A stretch of 64,000 nt of DNA from Macrostomum lignano (taxonomy: Eukaryota), in contig NIVC01002707.1 in the NCBI GenBank assembly GCA_002269645.1, positions 1 to 64,000 of the forward strand, given 5' to 3'. Position numbers and translations under genes: made by a program. Below the pieces are notes generated by a model. That model was not told where the DNA came from. It ran no database searches and saw nothing but the letters and a program-made list of their open reading frames with translations. Positions 22,701-35,610 of the stretch are shown in pieces. Each line of letters opens with the position of its first letter. Position 1 is the first letter of the stretch.

Positions 22701-25700
22701 ACGCTTCGTATTCTTCGATCTCCTCTTGGATCTTCTTCCGACCCATGTTAAGGACAAGCGCTTGTCTGTCGTCCTCGGTGACACCGGCATTCTTCGAGCG
22801 CATCGATAGCACGTGCATTACGCAGTCGTCTGGGATGTATCCAGTCGACATGTACTTCATGCTGAGGAACAGGTTGTAGTCGGAGCTGAACCGTTTGATC
22901 TCATTTCCCTCGATGTCGTACCAGGTGACTTCGTTGTTGATGAGTGAGAAGGACACCAGCTGACCGTTGGGCATGACCAGTCCCATTCCGAGTCCGAGAT
23001 CAAAGCTGGAGTAGAGAACTCCAGACCCGGAGTCGAAGCACTGCACCTTCGGGATGAGGCAGCAGTTGCTGAGAGCCTGTTTCGACTGGCGACACTGGTT
23101 GAGCAGCAGCTTCACTCGAGGACAGTCCTTCTCGTACATGATGAGCCGACCGATGAGATCAACGCTCAGATTGACAGGGTCGTATACGAGACTCTGAGCG
23201 GAGAGTCGGATTGCATTGTACACGAGCTCGGCCTCTTTGATATACTCGACACCGAGCTTCTGCGGGAGGTCGAGGTCTCTTAGCAGCAGGTACCGAGACG
23301 TGCCCTTCAGCTTGTTGAACATGAAGTCGTAGTCAAACACAATGTAGTCGTAGAACTCGTTCACTCGACCGGACTTGATGAGGTGCCACGGCAGCTCGTT
23401 CAGCTTTCGCAGGTTGTACTGAGCAGTGCCGTCCTCATCTTTGCGGAGCACGAATGGCTGCTCGGGAACGGCTCGGTCCTCCATTGAGAACTCGGGCAGG
23501 TTCTGGAGTGAGAACGAATGCATAAACGGCTCAGTAAGTCGGTTCAGAGAACAGATCAATTTCAGTGCTCATCACTTACGAGCTTCTTGCGCAGATAGGC
23601 TGGGTACACGAACTTCTTTCTCCTGCCGCTCCACAGACCCAAGAAGTAGTCTGCCATGATGGAGTGAATGTCCCGTCTGGTCTTTTCGTCCGACAAGAAG
23701 TACTCCTGAGCCACCTCGATGAACTGTCGGTGGTACCAGAACACTACCCGGATGTTGTCCGCCTCTCTCTCGACCAGGTAAGAGCCAATGTCGTGACGCA
23801 GTCGAGCCCAGCAGATCGGCGGGATGCGGATGAAGGGCGGCAGGTGATGCTGAAACACGTCAATGAGGACGGCGTCATCCAGACTGAGCAGATCCTCCAG
23901 CTCCGACTCTGACAGTCCGTTTCTCGATGCAGTGATGAATGCCAGGGCGTGAGAGGTCTGGAAAAGCAAATGAGCAGAAAGAGCCATTCTGACAGAGAGA
24001 GATAAGTGGCGGATAGTTCTGGGTTATTCTCACTAGCCTGGGCTAATGTAACTAACACGAAGTACTTACAAAAAGCCTGCCGTGCTTCAACTCGAGTTTC
24101 TCGAACAGCTGAAATATTGCCTGACGAACGGTGTAGCGCAGAGACGACTCATCTACCTGTTGGTAAGAGCGCCATCTCAGAACCTCGTGGTACAGCAGGT
24201 GAACATAGATTGGCAGTGAGCACTTGGAGAATGCCTGCTCACCAGAGCCCATTGCTGCTCGTTCAGAGTGCGACCTTGTTCGCTGAGCAGAGCCGACAAA
24301 ATGCTGGTGCACAGACTGGTCTCCAGTGGCGTCACCTCCACGTAGAAGTCTGGGTTCGGCAGCTTCCCTTTGAATGTCTTCAGCAAGTCGAACATGTTGG
24401 GCAGAGTGGACACAACCATCTTCACGTTGGCAGGCAATGGCGTCCGCACCCACGTCAGATGGTAGGCACCGTCAGAGCTGTCCAGCTGATCAACACTGTC
24501 AAGGAACACCAAGATTCTCCTGAACTGGCCCATGCGTTCGAGCATGGAGTAGAAGGTGTTCAAGATCTCCTTGAAGTCGTCGAGTGACTCGCACTTTTCC
24601 TGGTCGTCCTCGTTGCCGAACACAGCGAGCTGACGGCACAGGTACTTGAGTGTCTGTCGAATGCTCGACGTACCGGGACTGGTGCCGAGGAATCGCAACA
24701 GCACGATGGCATCTTTGGAATCGGACTCTGGCAACCAGCTTCGCACCAGACTGGCGGCCTTGCCAAGAAGAGAGGTCTTGCCGCTGCCCGAGTCGCCGTA
24801 CACCACCAGAGGCTCCGTTGTGTTGCTCGCTTGCACATAAGCCTTCACCTTGTCGATGATCTCTTGCCGACCCTGGAACTTCTTCACGTAGTTGACGCAT
24901 GCAGTCGAGTGCTGCAGCACCTCCGAGTAGAGGTCGTCCGATCGGAGCCGCATGCTCTCCCGCACGGATTCGGCCACGAGGCGCTTCACATTATCGCAGT
25001 AGTCGCTGCCGAACTTTTCCAGATAGTCTTTGTGGCTACTCATGCCCACACCCTCAGCGTCATTGGTCCATTTTAGTGAGTAAGTGAATGAATTGGATCC
25101 CACCATTCGAGTCAGAACGTGTCTGTTCAACTCCTTGACCATCGCGTTCACAGCTTCATCAAGAACCTTTACTGCCTCGCCATCTTCGTTCACAGAGTCG
25201 GTCAGGTCGATGAACTTGAACATCTTTCCTCGAGAGAAGTCGCGCTGAGACTCCAGATCAGAGAATTCTCTCACGAATGCGAGAGCCTGAGCCAACTTTT
25301 GCGGAGGTTTTGACAATATTCCGCTGATCACCTCAATCTCGGTGACAGAGGCCGTGAACTTCTTCATTGTCGCGTGCGAGATCAAAGTCTTTTGAAGACA
25401 CAACTCGGCACCTCTCTTCATGAGTCCGATGATGGAGTCTTGGACAGCTTCCCACCGCTGTCGAGCAGCTTTCAAGAGCTCCTTGTCCGCCTAGAACAAT
25501 GAATTACGAGATTAGAGGTTATTAAATTTATCCTGTTGCAAACTCTGAAAAACAAGCGCTGCAATAATCGTAAAAAACCACACTTACCGCCTCTGCTAGA
25601 GTTGCAATCGGTCTCAGGACACAGATTGGTGGCTTGTTGTTCTCGTCGATCGTGTACCACTCGTGTAGACACGAGACGTCGCGTCCGTCCTCTTTCAACG

Positions 25701-26442
25701 CTTCCACGATGTTGTTGAAAACGTCGACCTCGACAAGGGCTGCAGGCGGCTGGTTGCCATAGCGCTGACCCAGCAGACAGATGAAGTAGGGGCCGGCTGA
25801 CATGATGAGCGAGTTGTCGATCTCTTGGTAGCACATGTACGGACCCTGGTGGTCGAGCTGTACCTCGTCACCGACTCCCCATCGCATGTCGATGGTTTGA
25901 AACTCGAGTCCGAAGGAGTCACGGCAGAACTTTTTCAGCCTTGGATTGACGTGCTGCATGAGGTAGTTGCGCTCCGTTCCCATGTCCGAGAAGGTGGACG
26001 ACAGGAAGATGCGCACGACGCGGCTGTTCATGATCGGCAGGTCGTCCAGACGGCCTTTCAGAACATGTCGGTACAGAATAGAGCTAGATGGTCCTTGTTT
26101 ACCAACTTGTTTTTCTTTGGCCGAATGAAATGGTTTTAAAAGCCATTTTCCTTTTTTCGAAGCCTCTGAACATACAATTTCAGAACCTTTCGATGTGCGT
26201 GACGATTTACTTGTACTAGATGATGAATCTGAAGATGCACTTGTTGAAGAGCTGGTATCAGACAGCACAATGGCATCTATTGGGCTGGCTGTCTAGAGTG
26301 GGGGATTATTTTGGTAGTTATACATGTATGCACACTTTGCAGCTATATCATTTCGATATACTAACCATGTGAAGATTACTGGTTCGATTTTGTGATTGTT
26401 TAGATTGACATAATTAAATCTGCACAAACAATTACCTACCAT
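19783..26442 (-). CDS. NACHT and WD-like repeat protein (NWD1/NWD2-like), copy B, ~2040 aa; exons 26442-26440(?), 26292-25588, 25490-24070, 23957-23580, 23502-20147, 20043-19783; two -1 frameshifts (~24240, ~22474)
   Basis: DUF4062-type N-terminus ([18 protein letters not shown]...IDMRWG). NACHT Walker A GDSGSGKT and Walker [17 protein letters not shown]1-type motifs [21 protein letters not shown] and ELPWHL. All introns are GT-AG phase 0; exons 3 and 5 are each one base short of a multiple of 3. Confidence 0.9.
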
Positions 26443-27452
26443 GATGCGATTTCGTTCAGTACTCGTAGTATTTGGAAGTTTTCAATCGCTGTCACGCAGC
26501 AGAATTGTGCTTTAGTGTAATCCTCGGCATGGGCATACCGCCGTACCGATTTAAGATGCCATGCAACTAAGCAATCTTGAGATCGCGCGTAGAGCTACAA
26601 TTAATGCACTTCAATGGTCTACTTGGTATCGACACCCTGCATCGCCGCTAGTTTAATAGGTTATATACAGTGCGAAAAAAATAAATCAACATAAATATTT
26701 TCGTGGGAAACGTCTCATTTAAAGCTTGAGAACAACAGCTTGAATGGCGCGTCAACAAACCTTTTATGTTTGAGAACGAACGCTCCAGAGCAAGGCATTT
26801 TGCTGCTTCATGGCTTGTAACTTGAAGCAACGACATACGACTTCCCACGATCCGCTCTATGGACATCGCTACGAGTTTTTCTCATTTTCGTAGCCACAGC
26901 GTTACTTTCAGAAGGAAGCGCGCAACTTGTAACGCAATACTCGTAATCATTTAACAGTGACTGAAACTGAGGTCAATGAAGTCACGAAATTTTTGCTTCC
27001 ACACACACAAAGCAAATTGCAGCATAAGTAATAAGAGAAATCGTAACTAGCGCTGAGGGATACTTTTTTTAATGAATTAAACTCTTAATAGTTCTTGCTT
27101 GCTGTACTACGCGTATTTCAAACCGAAGTACCCTCGATGGGCAATGAAATTTATTTCTTTTTGAAAATTCCAAACTGCTCTGCAGTACTAGGCAAAATAA
27201 TAGCGAACAAGAAGTGATTAGAGTAAAAGTAAATGTTGGTATTTAAAGAAATGAAAGCGCGAAAACAAACTGGGCACCTCAGTTTAGACTTTAATAATAA
27301 GACTATTTGGCATGAAAATGAATAACAGTTACATAAGTAAGCAAACGTAACTTACAGAGCGTATCGTGGTGATATTATACGGTAGATCGCATGAAGTCGA
27401 ATGCTCATGTCTGGATTACAGAGAGCAAGTTAAGCAGATAGTAAAATCAACC

Positions 27453-28308
27453 TCAAAGTTCGGAGTCTGAAGCTTCTTCAACAGCCGCATCCGGCTCTCG
27501 AATGGCAACAGACCTGACGCCATTCTTCAATCCAGGTGTGCCCATCAGCTTACCTGCAGTTGAGTTTGTAGGGCCTTATGAACTTTAATTTTGCTCCAGA
27601 AATCATATTTCTCTATTCTAACGTTAGTTCTCCAAAGTTAAAGCTACTTTGAGTTCACTTGACAATATTAATTAGCACTAACTTTCTTATTAAGTGTCGA
27701 CGACTATATGAAAGTTCTTAACAGCATACAGGCAGCGCCCCGGCTATATAAAAGTTAGATAGTTCGAAACCAGAAAGTTTAAAACGAAGGTAGACAATAC
27801 GTGATCAAGTAAGATTGTTTGAATGAGAAATTTTAATTGTCCCTCATGCTTTCTCCAGTGCGATATCTGCCTGCATCCCATTGTGTACTGCGTCAGTTCC
27901 ACATCCCTGAGGAAAACTGATCCCACACGCGGCAGAAGCCTCACCGAGTACTCTACCGTGGAAGCGAACAATGAGCATCTGATCCGTAGTGCTACTCTTC
28001 AGAAGCACAGTGGCAAGCATGAGGCCTTCAGTTTGGGCGAACAGTTGAAACACAAATTGATCGCCGTCAGAGCCATTGCAGCAGCTCAGCAGTTTAACCT
28101 GGGACCGCGAGTTCGAGACTGGATTCTGTCCCAGCTGGTGGCGCAGCGCTGGCAGCATGATTTCGTAAACATGGCCGACTTGCAAAAATCCCAGCTGAAT
28201 GTCAATTGACTCGCCGTCTGTGCCCCGCTCGATCGTGATGTCATCCGTGTGGTTGAGCAGATGGTCGGGATTGAAGTGGACCCGCCCCCCTCCTTGCTTG
28301 TCGGCCAT
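27453..28308 (-). CDS. ADISSP: UPF0687 / C20orf27 (ADISSP)-like protein, 2 exons (28308-27945, 27553-27453; 154 aa)
   Basis: RVHF, LGFLQVGHVYEI, VKLLS and EGLM match the family as I recall it. Splicing CTC G|gtgagg...ctgcag|GT AAG gives GRVLGKLMGTPGLKNGVRSV...EASDSEL, matching the C20orf27 C-terminus (GTPML.DGV...SD). Confidence 0.75.
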
Positions 28309-30095
28309 GGCTGCCTGGTTCTTCAGCGGGTCGGCTTACTTTAATGTTGGTTGAATCAGGGGGGATTTTAAAATATTAAATTTAACAATAATTAAATAAT
28401 TTAATACATAGTCAATCCTTGTGTCTCACAGAGTAAGCATGGGTGCAAGGAACTTCAGACGCCAAAATCTCCAAGAATTTCTAGAGAAGAGCATTTATAA
28501 GGTATCCAATATTTTAGAACTTGTACTTGCCTCCCAGCAAGTTTTTTAATCTATACTTATCGATTTAATTAGCACCCCTATACTATTTAAAATCATTAGA
28601 TTCTGCAATACTAAATAAAATGTCATTAAATTAAGCAAATCATGACACTATAATTATGCTCATCATCTCATAATCATTGGCCTATCAGTAAGTTGAAAAA
28701 CAGATAACTATAAAATTTTTGCTTAAGTCTATATTATTTAGTAGGTACATGTATAATATGTTTATAAATTGTATAAATGTTCCATGATTCAAAATTTATT
28801 CATAATTATGAAACCAATATGATTACTGTTCTAATACTAAACTTGTTTAAAATGCTATACAACTATTTATATAGCCAAAAACTTATGTTACTAAGTGGAT
28901 AATTACTGATTAATAAATTAGATGAAGTGATAAAAAATGAATCATAAAAAATAAATCTTGAATTCATTTATCTTTCATTTAACAGATAAAAGTATAATTT
29001 ACATATGAGCATTCAATTTTATTTTTCGTATCTAATGCTTAGTAAAATGAACAAATAAAAGACGAGACACAGAAAAGTAAGCATAAAGTTTATGAAAATT
29101 GAATGAATTCAAACAACCAAAGAGAAATAAGTAATAAACCATACTAAGTATAAAAAGTAAAAGTAAAAACTTCTGTATTCTAAGCTAGAAGTGCTTCAGT
29201 TCAACGTAATTTTCTTCTAATAAAGTTTAAATTTTTAAAACATAATAAAGTATAGTTTGAAGAATTTTTTCCTTAAGGACGTCAAATTTTTATAAGCAAT
29301 ATAGGGGTGTTTCAACACAAAAAATTAATCTCGTGAGAACACCTGATCGTATATAAATATAATTAACACACAATCGTCAATATATCGAGGTCTAGTCAAA
29401 GCGTGAAAAAGTTTTAAATATTTTCCCATAGCCGGCACGATTGCGCGAAAATTAAATGTATTAAAAAAATACAGTTTCACATCAATCGACGCTAAAACTA
29501 GGCGCAGATACATGTAAAATATTTTTTTATAATGAGTTACTTTTTGCTTGTAATACCAGCATCACAACAAATACTATTAAAAAGTTTTTGTTATATTGGG
29601 TAAAACAGAAAATTCTCGTGGTTTGTGAAGCCTTCTATGAAATACTTCAAGTACATGTCATGATGTAGTACTGTAGCTGAAACTTGAATTTGGGTTGCTC
29701 TGCGTCATTCAATTGCATTTATGTACCTTCTGGAAGTTCTAGTAATTTATGTAGGCTTTACTTCGGAAACCGCGAGAACCAATTTTAGCTGTTTTTACCC
29801 AATATTTTGAATTCATAACTGCAAACGAACCAAGACTATCGATACATAGTGAAAATAAGAATGCTTGGGAAGTTCTAACAAGCTTAAACAGTTACAAGAC
29901 TCTCAAATTTAACATTTTAATCCCTGTTTTAGAAGTACTTTCACAGCCGTCGTCTCAATACTTTTTGGTAGATTCTAGGTAGATTCTAGGTAGAATTAGT
30001 TTGTTTCAAGAACACCCCGATCTACATATGTACTAAATAATGCACAAATCAACCAGACTCCAGAGCAGACAGTCATGAATCCAACTTCTGTTCCG

Positions 30096-31351
30096 TTATG
30101 CATGGTAGTAGCACTGCATAACCATATGTGGACGTTTGTTTTGCTGCAGGTGATCCGTTCTCCACCTTGGCTGGCCACGAAACAGACGCACCCCAGCAGC
30201 TCGGTCGGTGCCACCGGCACCTCCGTTCCTAGCTTCTGTTGCGTGCGCACCAAAACAAGGTGCAATGTTTAGCCAGCAGCGGCGTAAGCGAAGTCGAAGT
30301 CTCACACAATAGACGACAAAGTTAACTAAACTGTCCACCAGCATTAGAAGGTTCAGTATGCGAGTGTTGCAGCGTCGATTTTTTATAAATCGAAGTAGGG
30401 CACATACAAATGTTGGACAGTTAAGCGATATAAAAACCAGCGACAGCGGCAGTACTATTCTTGTAGCGCGCATGCACAGGTAGGCCGATACTGACGAGGA
30501 GCGCCGCTTTGCGAAGGTGATAGCAATTACACCAACAGAGCTGACGCCCACAAGAGCCACTGGGAGGGCGCGTGAGAAGATGAAACGACCTAATCATTGA
30601 GGGCATTGAGGTTCATTTTAATTTAGGCAGATTTCCATCTTCTGGAAATAATTATTTGAATAAGAAAATTTTCTACATGTCGCTGCATGTACTAAAGAAA
30701 TATATTACCGAGGCGCAAGTGCGCCAGTAGCGCAGCAGGTAATCCGTTATTCGGAACCAGGTAAACCTCATCTCTGCCGCACTGAACGAAGCGGTTCATA
30801 AAGAAGCTGCCGGTAGAATCAGCCAACGATAGCACCGCCAGAATGCCGATTGCCCAGCGATTTACCAGTGGCCGGCGGAGCACGCGCCATCGGCCAGACG
30901 GCGAGCACAGCAGCGTCTCTAGACGGGCGGCGGACAGCAGGACGATCTGCCAGTTGCGCAGACGCAGTCCTAGATTATTGAGAGTGGCACCAATGGTGGC
31001 CAAACGCAGCAGCGGCAGGCAGAGTCCCGGTCGAGGCACCGGAGCGGCAAACATGCAATCTGTCGGCAGGTGAATGGCAGCCAGTAGGAGGTAGCCAGAG
31101 TTGCAGATGATCTCGCCGATGCACAGCCAGCCGAGGTTCAACCAGAGAGAGCGGTTGTGACCGCGCATATCAGGGAAGACAGTTAGAGCGGCTGCGTTGA
31201 GACAGACGCCAAGCAGGGCGAGCACGGCAGCGCAGGCGTACTCAAGCTGGTAGTCCGGCCTGCTCGAGCAGCCGTAGCACTGGCTTCTCAGCCGGGCTCG
31301 GCTGCAGTTTCCTGTCGCAGTTTCGAACAGAATCGCTCCGAAGTCTGACAT
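30096..31351 (-). CDS. class A (rhodopsin-like) GPCR, divergent peptide-receptor type, 2 exons (31351-30709, 30589-30096)
   Basis: Seven hydrophobic segments: TM1 LGVCLN, TM3 end LSAARL, TM4 W, TM6 LNCPTF, TM7 DSLVNFVVY. Phase-1 intron CTC G|gtaata...attag|GT CGT. Confidence 0.8.
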
Positions 31352-31933
31352 TGGCCTGGCGTTGAGTTTACCGGATTCGACCGGTTTCTTAAGCCGACTG
31401 CATGCTGCCTACGACCGTATATAAGATAAGAAGATACACAAAACACAGACATGCGTAGAGGAAGCAGGATGCAGGATGTCATTTTTATACGGATTCGGAA
31501 AGGAGACAGCGATATGAGCAAACACGACTGGGACTTGCTTGGGGAGAGGATTGGGGAGGCCGCTTGTTAGCCTGGGCTTTTTGCCGAGCAAACACAACAG
31601 CGACGAGCGATCGGCCCGGGTCTTATCAACGGCGAAGGCGGGGGGCTCAGGGAGCGACAGATGTAAGCGCGTTGGCCGCCGAACCGCGCAAATTTGTCCA
31701 ATAAATTTCCAATCGATCACTACATCAGTCAGAGAGAAAATCGACTGCAGCTGTTAATCCGGCACGTACGTGCGACTGTCCGTCAGCCCATTAGTTTGCT
31801 CCCGCCCTGATTTTCCACTCCTCGGGTTTGACTTATGTGTACAGTTCTTGCCCAAGCCTGTGTTTACGGTTGAATATGAGAGTGACTTTTCCATCCACTT
31901 CTAAAACTTGCTCTTGCATTGTTTGATACATGT

Positions 31934-32192
<259 letters not shown>

Positions 32193-32779
32193 GTCGAAGC
32201 TTGTGCGACTCCAGTTAACAAGCTTTCGTGGCGTTTTACTAAACAAACACAAAAGGAATTTAAACACAATAGACTTCCATTGTCAATCGCAAATGAGCCT
32301 CAATTGACAATGTGACAATGCCAAGACCCTCTGTTTCACTTTCAAATTGAATAGAAGAAGAGTTCTCCTTAGCACGGCTTGAGATGATGGCAGGTGAGAG
32401 AACCCCTGAGGCTAGAAAAAAAAAGTTTTTCGTGGCAATTCCACTAAAAATTCCGTTTCCTATCTAGTTTCCTGACTTGATGCGTCTCTGAGAAAGGCGA
32501 AGCGATACCTGGTAAGCAACGAAAAATTCCTGCCAGTAAAACAAAGGAGCTCTGTCGTTGGCAATGGACTGATGCATACTTGAAAAGTGGGGAAAGGAAA
32601 GGTAGAAGAAAAGAAACCTCTTCCTTGATGAATGGGTGAAGTGCTTTTTATTGGAGCTTATAACTGGTCTATGTAGACGCAACATTAAACTAGTGTTTCA
32701 TTTCTGCAAAAGCAAAACAGGAATGGAATGAAAGGTCTATTTTGCTGCTTTTATAGCTGGTACTACTCGTACAGGCGAT

Positions 32780-33360
32780 GTGAGGACAGGCGCCCTACAG
32801 GTGAGGACAGCCGCCTTACAGGAGAGGACAGGCGCCCTACAGGAGAAGACAGGCGCCCTACAGGAGAAGATAGGCGCCCTACAGGAGAAGACAGTCGCCC
32901 TACAGGAGAAGACAGTCGCCCTACAGGAGAAGACAGTCGCCCTGCAGCAGTCGCCCTACAGGAGAGGACAGGCGCCCTACAGGAGAGGACAGGCGCCCTA
33001 CAGGAGAAGACAGTCGCCCTACAGGAGAAGACAGTCGCCCTGCAGCAGTCGCCCTACAGGAAAGGACAGGCGCCCTAAAGGAGAGGACAGGCGCCCTACA
33101 GGAGAAGACAGGCGCCCTACAGGAGAAGATAGGCGCCCTACAGGAGAAGACAGTCGCCCTACAGGAGAAGACAGTCGCCCTACAGGAGAAGACAGTCGCC
33201 CTGCAGCAGTCGCCCTACAGGAGAGGATAGCCGCCTTACAGGAGAGGACAGGCGCTCTACAGGAGAAGACAGGCGCCCTACAGGAGAAGACAGGCGCCCT
33301 ACAGGAGAAGACAGTCGCCCTACAGGAGAGGACAGGTGCCCTACAGGAGAGGACAGGCGC
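32780..33360. repeat. minisatellite, 21-bp unit ACAGGAGAAGACAGGCGCCCT
   Basis: About 27 copies with variants; the LQEKTGA 7-aa periodicity in the ORF track reflects the unit. Confidence 0.95.
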
Positions 33361-33893
33361 ACATTGGGCGTTACGCCGACTGCCCTCTAGCTGACGCCGG
33401 CGCCTAATTTTGTGGACGGTGTGGCCTTCAATTAACAATTTTGCCCAATTTTTTTGTTAGTATTGCTGCTATTGTTAAAGAGTAAGGCTGAGTCACTTTG
33501 CATGTGCTACTACGAGTGGTACGTTAATGAAAATGATTATTTTGAGTAAGAAAATTATCCTACGCGTATTGCTTTCAGAAGAGTCCGTGCAGCCGAGGGA
33601 AAAGCTGTACGTCTAGAAAGCGGTATAACGGTAGGAGAATATATATGATTAGCTACACAATAAAGACATTGTAGTGCTATTTTTAGCTCTATTTTTAAAC
33701 AAGCAGGAAAGTTAAACTTCGGAGAAAAAAGTATGCACGATATATTGGATGTTGAATAACATTCGATTTAAGGAAACAGCACAAAACGATAGACCAGTTT
33801 TAGCAGATAGGCATGCAATTCTTCCCTTTTGAAAAGTATCCTCGTATGATAGAAATTTGGATATCGATCGAGTGATTTTTTCTTTGATCAGTA

Positions 33894-34892
33894 TCAACAA
33901 GCTGGCGTCAGCAGGCACTCAAACGTCTGCATCGAGTAGTCAGGACTCAACGGGTACGCTGACCCGGCGTACACGTAGACCAGACCTTTCCACTCCTGGC
34001 CTGAGGCCGTCAGATTCAGGGCTTCCGGTGGATAAAAATAAACACGGGTTCGGATCGAAGCTGACACACGATCGGTACCACCAGGCGCTGTTGTACATCC
34101 CAGCACACGAGGCGATGTTCAGGTCATTGTCCGAGTCGATAGTGGAGAACCTCATTCCGTCCATCGACCGACCGTCATCGAGTGGAACCTGACCGACATT
34201 CGATCGGGCGGTGTCCAGAGGGCCCATACTCACCCTGAACTTGTCAGACGCGTCCGACACTGAGAAGTGGGTGTTCTCAGCCCAGTACCAGGTCCCGTTC
34301 CAGTCGCTGAACTCCCATCGAACTCTGGAATTACCGTTTCTTGTGAGCTGATGCAGCTTTTCCAGTCCGATCCAGAAGTTTGCATTCTCTCCCTGTCCGA
34401 ACTCGGCTAGGTACTCGTTCCACCCTCGGGAAAATTGCCCTGATGCATCAACTCTGTGCTGGAACGTGGTCCAACAGTCTTTGATTTCTGGTATCTGTCT
34501 AATCTGCAATGAAATAAGAGTTCCTATCTGATCGGACGTGTAATCTTGCAGTAAAGTTCAGTAAGGACTGCTGTTCAAAGACAAAGACTCACCCAAACGG
34601 TTGGCAATGAGCTGTTTCGGTGATTCCTACACTTCCTGCAGCCAGAACGTCCGAGCTTGCACTTGAACTGTCGGCAGGACCGGTCGGTTTCGGAGTAGGC
34701 GACTGCAGACACCTCGTCGTTTCGCTGCGCCTCAACAATGCAGGCGGACCGGCTTGGGACGGAGTCAGCTTTGATTAGTAGGTATTCATCGAGATCTTCG
34801 TGGACGCTGGTGAAAGTTTTATCAGCGCTGATCAGGACAGAAACGCTGCAGAACAGCAGCACATGAGCATAAAGCGTCTGCATAGCACGCAT
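33894..34892 (-). CDS. secreted fibrinogen C-terminal domain (FReD) protein, exons 34892-34593 and 34503-~33900
   Basis: Signal peptide and a Cys-rich N-terminal module. Phase-0 intron TGG|gtgagt...ttgcag|ATT. WTTFQHRVD, GWNEY...FWIGLEKLHQLT, FSTIDSDND and SAWWYRSC are fibrinogen-domain motifs. The frame of the last ~50 codons is ambiguous (stop at 33940 or 33894). Confidence 0.85.
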
Positions 34893-35149
34893 ACAGAAGT
34901 GGGGGCCTTAATTGGTTTCGGTATATTTTTGGGTTAAAATTGTCAAAAAAGCTGGGGAACTAAGTTAAATCTTCTGTTTCTCTACTGCTTGAGCCGGGGA
35001 CGATCGTTTATTGGTTAATTGTTTCTGCCAAATAAAATTTTTGGCATATAAGTTCCCCAAATGCGGCTCCGCTTAATTTTCTAATAGTATTACTTTAAGT
35101 AGACTGGACCGCATGAGAGAATTTAACCATTGAGTATTTCATTTAGGAA

Positions 35150-35610
35150 GATCCAAAAAATCTTCTCAGAGGATCCGAGCCGTCCTCCAGTTCGAAGCGC
35201 TGCACGACCGCCAGAGGGCTCAGCTGTGGCAGGCGGTAATCGAAACCGTCCTACTCTACAACACCGAGACGTGGACGCTGACGACTGGACTTGGCGCACT
35301 CAGGGCTGCTTAGTGCGGCTTTTCGAGCTGACGAGAGCGTCGGGACCGAGACCCTGTACGATCGGGCCAACGCAGCTCCCGTCCACCATCCTGCGCCGGC
35401 GGCGACTTCAACTGGTGGGCCACGTGATCCGAGCCGAGGGCTACTGCCCCCAACCTGTTCAGGACGTCCTGCTGCTAACCTTGCAGGGCCCGTTCAAGTG
35501 GGGTCAGGCCCGAACCCGTCGATACTTGGACTTGCCTGCTTTGCTACGCTGGAGCGCCCGACACTGCCAACGGGGCTCTCAGGCTCTGCAGCGCGCCATC
35601 TGACGCGCCC
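35150..35610 (+). mobile_element. degenerate 5'-truncated non-LTR retrotransposon (RTE-like) 3' remnant
   Basis: Across frames reads QAVIETVLLYNTETWTLT and STILRRRRLQLVGHVIRAE, typical post-RT motifs of RTE-type LINEs. Stops and frameshifts present. Confidence 0.7.

Noticed and set aside
19783-26442. Prokaryotic Avs/STAND antiphage system or recent horizontal transfer
   Set aside because: Spliceosomal introns and metazoan NWD/TEP1-type motifs; no operon structure.
27844-27944. C-terminus EASAACGISFPQ...LEKA of the 154-aa ORF
   Set aside because: Intron read-through. The spliced exon 27553-27453 matches the family C-terminus better.
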